This document shows, in pieces, positions 57,587 to 64,000 of a DNA stretch of 64,000 nt. Under the pieces are notes generated by a model. The model was not told the origin of the DNA and did not search any database. It was given only the letters and a program-made list of their open reading frames with translations. Made by a program: the position numbers and the translations under genes. The stretch comes from Betaproteobacteria bacterium. Lineage in GTDB: Bacteria; Pseudomonadota; Gammaproteobacteria; Burkholderiales; SG8-39. Where the stretch lies: positions 731-64,730 of the forward strand of contig VBBY01000003.1 of NCBI GenBank assembly GCA_005881595.1, in the 5' to 3' direction. The number at the start of each line of letters is the position of its first letter. The first letter of the stretch is position 1.

Positions 57587-59848
57587 TCAGGCGACGGACG
57601 CGGTTTCTTCCTCGAACTTCAGCTTGATCTTCTCGTCGTCGCCGACATCGATGCTCACCCTGCCGCCGTGCTGGAGCCGCCCGAAAAGCAGCTCGTCGGC
57701 CAGCGCTCGCCGGATCGTGTCCTGGATGAGCCGTGCCATGGGCCGCGCGCCCATCAGCGGATCGAAGCCCTTCTTCGCCAGGTGCTCCTTCAGGCTCTGG
57801 CTGAACTGCGCTTCGACCTTCTTCTCCGCAAGCTGCTCGTCGAGCTGCATCAGGAACTTGTCGACCACCCGCATGATGATTTCGTGGTTGAGCGCACGGA
57901 ACGAGATGATCGCGTCCAGGCGGTTGCGGAACTCGGGGGTGAACATCCGCTTGATCGCCTCCATCTCGTCGCCCGGCTGCACCGAGGGTGTGAATCCCAT
58001 CTGCGTCTTCGCCAGCGACTCGGCGCCCGCGTTCGTGGTCATGACGATGCACACGTTGCGGAAGTCCGCCTTCCTGCCGTTGTTGTCGGTCAGCGTGCCG
58101 TGGTCCATCACCTGCAGCAGCACGTTGAAGATGTCCGGGTGCGCCTTCTCGATCTCGTCGAGCAGCAATATCGAGTAGGGCTTCTTGGTGATCGCCTCGG
58201 TGAGCAGGCCGCCCTGCTCGAAGCCGACGTATCCCGGCGGTGCGCCGATCAGGCGCGACACCGCGTGCCGCTCCATGTACTCGGACATGTCGAAGCGGAT
58301 CAGCTCGATGCCCATGCAGTAGGCCAGCTGCCGCGCCACCTCCGTCTTGCCGACGCCGGTGGGTCCCGAGAACAGGAAGTTGCCTATCGGCTTCTGCGGG
58401 TTGCCCAGGCCCGAGCGCGCCATCTTGATCGCTGAGGCCAGAGCATCGATCGCCTGGTCCTGGCCGAACACCACGGCCTTGAGGTCGCGGTCGAGGTTGG
58501 CGAGCGTGCTGCGGTCGTCGGTCGAAACGCTTCGCGGCGGGATGCGCGCGATCTTGGCGATGATCTCCTCGATCTCGGACTTGCCGATGATTTTCTTCTG
58601 CTTCGCCTTGGGCGCAATGCGCTGCGCCGCGCCGGCTTCGTCGATGACGTCGATTGCCTTGTCGGGCAAGTGACGGTCGTTGATGTAGCGCGCCGAGAGC
58701 TCGGCGGCGGTGGTCAGCGCGTTGGCGGTGTACTTGACGCTATGGTGGGCCTCGAAGCGGGTCTTCAGGCCCTTTAGGATCTCCACCGTCTCGTCGACCG
58801 ACGGCTCAACGACGTCGATCTTCTGGAAGCGGCGCGACAGGGCGTGGTCTTTCTCGAACACGCCGCGGTACTCGTTGTAGGTGGTGGCGCCGATGCACTT
58901 CAGCTGGCCGGTGGAAAGCACCGGCTTGAGCAGATTGGACGCATCCAGCGTACCGCCCGAGGCCGCGCCGGCGCCGATCACCGTGTGGATCTCGTCGATG
59001 AACAGGATCGCATTGGGGTTGTCGACGAGCTGCTTGAGCACCGCTTTCAGCCGCTGCTCGAAGTCGCCGCGGTATTTCGTGCCTGCCAGCAACGCGCCCA
59101 TGTCGAGCGCGTACACGGTGCACTTGGCGAGCAAGTCCGGGACGTTGCCCTCGACGATGCGCCGCGCCAGGCCCTCGGCGATGGCGGTCTTGCCGACGCC
59201 GGCCTCGCCGACCAGCAGCGGGTTGTTCTTGCGCCGGCGACACAGCGTCTGCACCACGCGCTCGAGTTCCCTGTCGCGGCCGATCAGCGGATCGATCTTG
59301 CCAGCGAGCGCCAGCGCGTTCAGGTTCTGCGTGTAGTTGTCGAGCGGGCTGTTCGAGGTCTCGGCCTGGCCTTCCTGGTCGGCGTCCTGCTCGCCCTTGC
59401 CCTGATGGGCCTGCGGCGTCTTGGTGATGCCGTGCGAAATGTAGTTGACGACGTCGAGCCGCGCGATGCCCTGCTGCTGGAGGAAATACACTGCGTGCGA
59501 GTCCTTCTCGCCGAAAATGGCGACCAGGACGTTCGCTCCGGTGACCTCCTTCTTGCCCGAGGACTGGACGTGCAGGATGGCGCGCTGGATCACGCGCTGG
59601 AAGCCCAGCGTCGGCTGGGTGTCGACCTCGCGGTCGGCGGCGATCCGCGGCGTCTGCTCGACGATGTGCTGCGTCAGGTTCTTGCGCAGCTCGTCCATGT
59701 TGGCGCCGCAGGCGCGCAGCACCTCGGCGGCGGTCGGGTTGTCCAGCAGCGCGAGGAGCAGGTGTTCGACGGTGATGAATTCGTGGCGCTTCTGCCGCGC
59801 CTCGACGAACGCCATGTGCAGGCTGACTTCAAGCTCCTGGGCGATCAT
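57587..59848 (-). CDS. clpA: ATP-dependent Clp protease ATP-binding subunit ClpA
   Basis: Two AAA modules (GEAGVGKT, GPTGVGKT), RHEFITVEH and FIDEIH. Confidence 0.97.
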   Translation of the reverse strand: MIAQELEVSLHMAFVEARQKRHEFITVEHLLLALLDNPTAAEVLRACGANMDELRKNLTQHIVEQTPRIAADREVDTQPTLGFQRVIQRAILHVQSSGKKEVTGANVLVAIFGEKDSHAVYFLQQQGIARLDVVNYISHGITKTPQAHQGKGEQDADQEGQAETSNSPLDNYTQNLNALALAGKIDPLIGRDRELERVVQTLCRRRKNNPLLVGEAGVGKTAIAEGLARRIVEGNVPDLLAKCTVYALDMGALLAGTKYRGDFEQRLKAVLKQLVDNPNAILFIDEIHTVIGAGAASGGTLDASNLLKPVLSTGQLKCIGATTYNEYRGVFEKDHALSRRFQKIDVVEPSVDETVEILKGLKTRFEAHHSVKYTANALTTAAELSARYINDRHLPDKAIDVIDEAGAAQRIAPKAKQKKIIGKSEIEEIIAKIARIPPRSVSTDDRSTLANLDRDLKAVVFGQDQAIDALASAIKMARSGLGNPQKPIGNFLFSGPTGVGKTEVARQLAYCMGIELIRFDMSEYMERHAVSRLIGAPPGYVGFEQGGLLTEAITKKPYSILLLDEIEKAHPDIFNVLLQVMDHGTLTDNNGRKADFRNVCIVMTTNAGAESLAKTQMGFTPSVQPGDEMEAIKRMFTPEFRNRLDAIISFRALNHEIIMRVVDKFLMQLDEQLAEKKVEAQFSQSLKEHLAKKGFDPLMGARPMARLIQDTIRRALADELLFGRLQHGGRVSIDVGDDEKIKLKFEEETASVA

Positions 59849-59872
59849 TTCCCTGCGTTTCCTTCTGCTTTC

Positions 59873-59919
59873 ACGTCTCTTCCTGCCGTTACGTCTCTTC
59901 CTGCCGTTACGTCTCTTCC
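59873..59919 (+). repeat. 18-nt tandem repeat ACGTCTCTTCCTGCCGTT x2.6 spanning the clpS stop and clpS-clpA spacer
   Basis: Copies at 59873-59890, 59891-59908 and a partial copy at 59909-59919. Confidence 0.95.
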
Positions 59920-60212
59920 ATTACACACTGTAGCGGGTGTTGGTGCTTTCGGGAATACGCCGCTACCTGCTGCACCTTGGTGGCCGCGACGTCGTGGGGA
60001 TAGACCCCACAGACTCCAATGCCTTCCCGGTGCACCTTCAGCATGACCTGGGTGGCCCGCTCCCGCGTCATGCCGAAAAACTTCTGCAGCACCACTACTA
60101 CGAACTCCATCGGCGTGTAGTCATCGTTCAGCAGCATGACCTTGAACATCGGCGGAGGCTTCAGCTTGCTGCGCTGCGCCTCCAGTATGGTGTCGTCCTT
60201 AAACTGCGCCAT
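59907..60212 (-). CDS. clpS: ClpAP adaptor ClpS
   Basis: [17 protein letters not shown] and HPLQC motifs. Confidence 0.97.
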   Translation of the reverse strand: MAQFKDDTILEAQRSKLKPPPMFKVMLLNDDYTPMEFVVVVLQKFFGMTRERATQVMLKVHREGIGVCGVYPHDVAATKVQQVAAYSRKHQHPLQCVMEET

Positions 60213-60422
60213 GCCGCCTTGCTACGCGCCCGTGCCCTCCGAAGTCGGACAATCTCTGTGCTCGCCCGTTCCCGCTCCGTTGTTGCCTCAGTTTCACCCG
60301 CTGCCTGCGGTCTATCCTAATCAATGTAGGGGGGTCATGCAATGCGGCGATGGGAACATTCGGCGCAGAATGCGGTGCTTTTTCACGATGTTGGCGCACA
60401 CGCGACACTTCGGGCGCGGCCC

Positions 60423-60451
60423 TTGACGCAGCCCGGCGGGGCGCGTAAAAG
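60423..60451 (+). promoter_or_regulatory. Putative sigma70 promoter TTGACG-N17-TAAAAG for the csp gene (about 110-nt 5'UTR)
   Basis: Consensus match and spacing. Confidence 0.55.
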
Positions 60452-60567
60452 CTCGCCTGTGTTTGGATTCAGGCTGTCTGTTTCGCCATGGGGCGGCGGG
60501 GTCGTGGAGTTCCAGGCATGGCTCGGGTAAACGCCCGGTAGCTCAATCAACAAGACAGGGAGAGCGC

Positions 60568-60771
60568 ATGGCAACAGGCACCGTGAAGTGGTTCAACGAC
60601 GCGAAAGGCTACGGCTTCATCACGCCGGATGACGGCAGCGAGGATTTGTTCGCGCATTTTTCCGCCATCAACATGGCGGGCTTCAAGACCCTCAAGGAGG
60701 GGCAGAAAGTCAGCTTCGACGTGGTGCAGGGGCCCAAGGGGAAGCAGGCCTCCAACATCCAGAAGGTGTAA
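60568..60771 (+). CDS. Cold-shock domain protein (CspD-like by position)
   Basis: [19 protein letters not shown] and GPKG motifs; divergent from clpS. Confidence 0.95.
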   Translation: MATGTVKWFNDAKGYGFITPDDGSEDLFAHFSAINMAGFKTLKEGQKVSFDVVQGPKGKQASNIQKV

Positions 60772-60776
60772 GGCTT

Positions 60777-62033
60777 CTACATCCTTTCTATCATTGCCTG
60801 GCCGAAGCCAGAGCAAGACACCTGTTTCGCGCCTTGCATCAGGCGGGCAAAGTCATAGGTGACGATCTTCTCCGAGATGGTCTTTTCGATTGACCGGAGG
60901 ATGGCGTCCGCCGCCTCGGGCCAGCCCATGTGGCGCAGCATCATTTCCGCCGAAAGGATCTCGGACCCTGGGTTGACGTAGTCTTTGCCGGCGTATTTCG
61001 GCGCGGTGCCGTGGGTGGCCTCGAACATGGCAATCGTGTCGCTCAAGTTGGCCCCGGGGGCGATGCCGATGCCGCCGACTTCAGCCGCCAGGGCGTCCGA
61101 GATGTAGTCGCCGTTGAGGTTCAACGTTGCGATTACGTCGTATTCCGCCGGCCGCAGCAGGATCTGCTGCAGGAACGCGTCGGTGATCACGTCCTTGACC
61201 ACGATGTCCTGCCCGCTCTTGGGATTCTTGAAGCTGTGCCAAGGACCGCCGTCGAGCGGCTTGGCCGCGAACTCGCGCTGCGCGAGCTGATATCCCCAGT
61301 CGCGGAACCCGCCCTCGGTGAACTTCTGGATATTGCCCTTGTGCACCAGCGTCACCGACTTGCGCCGGTTGTCGATGGCGTACTGGTACGCCTTGCGGAT
61401 GAGGCGCTCCGAGCCCTCGATGGAGACCGGCTTGATGCCGATCGCCGACGACTCGGGAAAGCGGATCTTCTTCACCTTCATCTCGCGGATGAGGAAATCG
61501 ATGACCTTCCTCGCTTCGGGCGACTTCGCCGGCCACTCGATGCCGGCATAGATGTCCTCGGCGTTCTCGCGGAAGATCACCATGTTGACCTTTTCCGGTT
61601 CCTTCACCGGCGAAGGCACGCCCTTGAACCAGCGCACCGGCCGCAGGCAGACGTAGAGGTCCAGCTCCTGGCGCAGCGCTACGTTGATCGAACGGATGCC
61701 GCCGCCGACCGGCGTGGTGAGCGGCCCCTTGATCGATACGACGAACTCTTTCGCCGCCTGCAGTGTTTCCTCCGGCAGCCAGACGTTCTCGCCGTACACC
61801 CTGCACGACTTCTCGCCGGCGAACATCTCCATCCAGACGATCCTGCGCTTGCCGCCGTAGGCCTTCTTCACCGCCGCATCGACGACTTTCAGCATCACCG
61901 GAGTGATGTCGACGCCGGTGCCGTCGCCCTCGATGTAGGGAATGATCGGCTGGTCAGGCACCGAGAGCGAGAAATCCTTGTTCACCCGGATCTTTTCGCC
62001 GCCTTGGGGGATCTTGATGTGTTGGTAGGCCAT
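60777..62033 (-). CDS. icd: NADP-dependent isocitrate dehydrogenase (dimeric)
   Basis: [36 protein letters not shown] and EATHGTAPK motifs. Confidence 0.97.
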   Translation of the reverse strand: MAYQHIKIPQGGEKIRVNKDFSLSVPDQPIIPYIEGDGTGVDITPVMLKVVDAAVKKAYGGKRRIVWMEMFAGEKSCRVYGENVWLPEETLQAAKEFVVSIKGPLTTPVGGGIRSINVALRQELDLYVCLRPVRWFKGVPSPVKEPEKVNMVIFRENAEDIYAGIEWPAKSPEARKVIDFLIREMKVKKIRFPESSAIGIKPVSIEGSERLIRKAYQYAIDNRRKSVTLVHKGNIQKFTEGGFRDWGYQLAQREFAAKPLDGGPWHSFKNPKSGQDIVVKDVITDAFLQQILLRPAEYDVIATLNLNGDYISDALAAEVGGIGIAPGANLSDTIAMFEATHGTAPKYAGKDYVNPGSEILSAEMMLRHMGWPEAADAILRSIEKTISEKIVTYDFARLMQGAKQVSCSGFGQAMIERM

Positions 62034-62208
62034 AAGGGGCGCCATTATACTGCGGCTACAGTCTTTAAGAAACAATGATTTAGCGCATTCCTCGAAAGGA
62101 ATGTGGTACGGCGGTCAACGCGCGCTTGCGGTGGTGCGTTACTGGCTCCGGGTAGCGCTCGACTCGTCGCGTCCACCCGTTTTCGAAAACCAACCAGAGG
62201 AGAACGAA

Positions 62209-62412
62209 ATGAGCAAGCTGCTGTCCCTGATCGTCGCCGCGATGTTTACGGCCGTGACCGCTTCCGCCTTCGCGGCGCCGAGTGCCGTCGCGCAAGATGC
62301 CAAGAAGATGGAAAAGCCCGCCAAGGACAAGAAGATGGACAAGAAGAAAGGCGACAAGAAAAAGACGGACAAGAAAAAGGGCAAGATGGACAAGATGGAC
62401 AAGAAGAAGTAA
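62209..62412 (+). CDS. Small exported Lys/Asp-rich low-complexity protein (67 aa)
   Basis: SD GAGGAG, Sec signal ending ASAFA, xDKKK repeats and a terminator downstream. Confidence 0.85.
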   Translation: MSKLLSLIVAAMFTAVTASAFAAPSAVAQDAKKMEKPAKDKKMDKKKGDKKKTDKKKGKMDKMDKKK

Positions 62413-62430
62413 CCCGCTTCGATTACCGGA

Positions 62431-62459
62431 AAGGCAGGGCGCTTGTCCCTGCCTTTTTT
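62431..62459 (+). terminator. Intrinsic terminator AAGGCAGGG-CGCTTGT-CCCTGCCTT-TTTT
   Basis: 9-bp stem plus U-tract after the small gene. Confidence 0.85.
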
Positions 62460-62465
62460 ATTTCC

Positions 62466-62885
62466 ATGCGCCGCTTTTTTGCCCTGCTGCTGATCGCAGT
62501 TCCGGCGTGGGCGCAACCGCTGCCCACGGTTCAGCTTCAGGCCGGCATGCACATCATTCGCGCCGAAGTGGCCGCGGACTTCCCCACCCGTGCCCAGGGG
62601 TTGATGCACCGCAAATCGCTTGGCCAGAACGACGGCATGCTGTTCGTATTTGACGAAGCGGCAATCCACTGCATGTGGATGAAGAACACGCTGATTCCGC
62701 TTTCGGTGGCGTTTCTGGACGGGCGGGGCGCGATCATCAACATCGCCGACATGCAGCCGCACAGCGAGCAGTCTCACTGCGCGGCGCAGCCGGCGCGTTA
62801 CGCGCTGGAGATGAACCGCGGCTGGTTTGCGCAGCGCGGCATCAAGCCCGGAGTCCAGCTGGGCGGGCTGGAGCGGCCCCGCTAG
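62466..62885 (+). CDS. DUF192 domain exported protein
   Basis: GLMHR, GMLFVF, WMKNTLIPLSVAFLD and ALEMN motifs. Confidence 0.92.
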   Translation: MRRFFALLLIAVPAWAQPLPTVQLQAGMHIIRAEVAADFPTRAQGLMHRKSLGQNDGMLFVFDEAAIHCMWMKNTLIPLSVAFLDGRGAIINIADMQPHSEQSHCAAQPARYALEMNRGWFAQRGIKPGVQLGGLERPR

Positions 62886-63145
62886 GACAATGCCATCGCG
62901 ACCAGCCCGGCCACGGCGGTAGCGCGAGCTGTGAGTGTCCAGACGCGCAGCCCGACGTTGCGCGAGTACTTCCAGACCAGCCGGAACCAGAACCAGTAGA
63001 CGCCAAGACGGGCGATATCGAGCAGGTCTCCCCAGTGCGTCTGGCCGGCCTCGCGAGCGTTATCCGCGATCGCAAACATGGCGGCCGCCACCAGGCCCAT
63101 TGGAATCCCGTACAGCCACCACACGTGCCACAGTCGTGGCGGCAT
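62882..63145 (-). CDS. Small Trp-rich membrane hypothetical protein
   Basis: Three hydrophobic segments; co-oriented downstream of the PuuD-like gene. Confidence 0.65.
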   Translation of the reverse strand: MPPRLWHVWWLYGIPMGLVAAAMFAIADNAREAGQTHWGDLLDIARLGVYWFWFRLVWKYSRNVGLRVWTLTARATAVAGLVAMALS

Positions 63146-63158
63146 TTACCCTGGCTGG

Positions 63159-63755
63159 CTACAGGCCGCCGTGCGACTGCGCCACCATGAAGTACAGCAT
63201 CGGGATCGACAGCATGGTGTTGATGCGCGAGGTCATCCCCGCGACGCGCGCCGCCTTGGTCTTCTCTTCCGGGGTCACCTGGACCATGCCGAGGGCCTTC
63301 TTCTGATTGGGCCAGATGATGAACCAGACGTTGAACCACATGATGATGCCGAGCCACATGCCGAGGCCGATGGCGAGGACGCCTTTTTGCAGCATCAGCG
63401 CCGGTCCGACATAGCGGTTCATCCAGGCCAGAATCAGGCCCAGGATGATCGTCGCCATCGCCGCCCAGCGAAACCAGAACAGCGCGGCCGGGGCGATCAC
63501 CTTGCCGATGGCCGGTTTCTGCTCGTCGGGAATCTTCGGCATCGACGGCGTCTGCACGAAGTTGAAGTACCAGAGAAGCCCGATCCACATCACGCCTGCG
63601 GTCACGTGCAGCCAGCGGAAGGCGAACTGCCACCAGCTGTGGTCCGCAACGCGGACCCAGGTACCGGTGATGGCTCCGGCGATGGCAAGCAGGACGATCA
63701 GGACAACGACACCCGCGGTGATGGTACGTCCCAAGGATTGAAAGATGGCACCCAT
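63159..63755 (-). CDS. PuuD/Urate_ox_N-like membrane protein without cytochrome c domain
   Basis: FRWLHVTAGVMWIGLLWYFNFVQ, LFWFRW, MWFNVWFIIWPNQKK and RINTMLSIP motifs. Confidence 0.8.
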   Translation of the reverse strand: MGAIFQSLGRTITAGVVVLIVLLAIAGAITGTWVRVADHSWWQFAFRWLHVTAGVMWIGLLWYFNFVQTPSMPKIPDEQKPAIGKVIAPAALFWFRWAAMATIILGLILAWMNRYVGPALMLQKGVLAIGLGMWLGIIMWFNVWFIIWPNQKKALGMVQVTPEEKTKAARVAGMTSRINTMLSIPMLYFMVAQSHGGL

Positions 63756-63810
63756 TGTTTCCCCCTCTTTGTATGACGGGTTTGCAGCGAAAAAAGTCTA
63801 GCACGCGTCG

Positions 63811-63993
63811 CTAGCCGCCGGCGAACAGCCCGGACACGGCGGCAGCCAGCACCACGGTCTGCGCGATGACCAGCGCGGCCTGCAGCCGCTCGCCGTGCCG
63901 CAAAAGAGGCGCCGCGATGCGCAGGTAGCAGACTGGCGTAATGAGACCGAACAGCGCGACTGCGGCGAGGCTGAGGTAGTCGCCGTGATCCAT
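63811..63993 (-). CDS. Small membrane protein (may extend beyond window edge)
   Basis: Two hydrophobic segments; the frame is open to the window end. Confidence 0.45.
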   Translation of the reverse strand: MDHGDYLSLAAVALFGLITPVCYLRIAAPLLRHGERLQAALVIAQTVVLAAAVSGLFAGG

Positions 63994-64000
63994 CAGGGCG

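Noticed and set aside
1-64000. tRNA, rRNA, integrase, IS, prophage or defence systems
   Set aside because: No recognisable signatures by eye; a tRNAscan, Rfam or DefenseFinder run would be needed to exclude small or divergent ones.

Overview
A GC-rich chromosomal window that looks betaproteobacterial (inferred from four Bug/TctC genes, a TIGR01841-type phasin, and purN-DUF3108-rsmB-desA and icd-csp-clpS-clpA synteny). It holds about 70 protein-coding genes. I found no rRNA, tRNA, CRISPR array, integrase or transposase. The left 31 kb is accessory-like: Bug transporters, a long UbiD decarboxylase, a degenerate stand-alone EAL gene with nested direct repeats, a form II cox-like molybdo-hydroxylase operon carrying a malonyl-CoA decarboxylase and a heme-oxygenase-like diiron enzyme, a heavy-metal RND system whose pump gene has an internal deletion and frameshift, a TctDE-type two-component pair, xdhC-mocA and two class III cyclase genes. 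The right 33 kb is mostly housekeeping (glyA, nrdR, ribD/E, hrpA, fumC, purN, rpmBG, radC, coaBC, dut, clpSA, csp, icd), with an arginase, a P450, a porin and fccAB interspersed. Top leads: (1) the coxSLM-coxD-mcd-coxE-coxG-HDO-Bug operon; (2) the X-A-Y-X-B-Y repeat architecture at the EAL gene; (3) recurrent symmetric -10 promoters and leaderless starts; (4) the broken czcA-like gene. All calls come from reading motifs by eye; no database searches were run.
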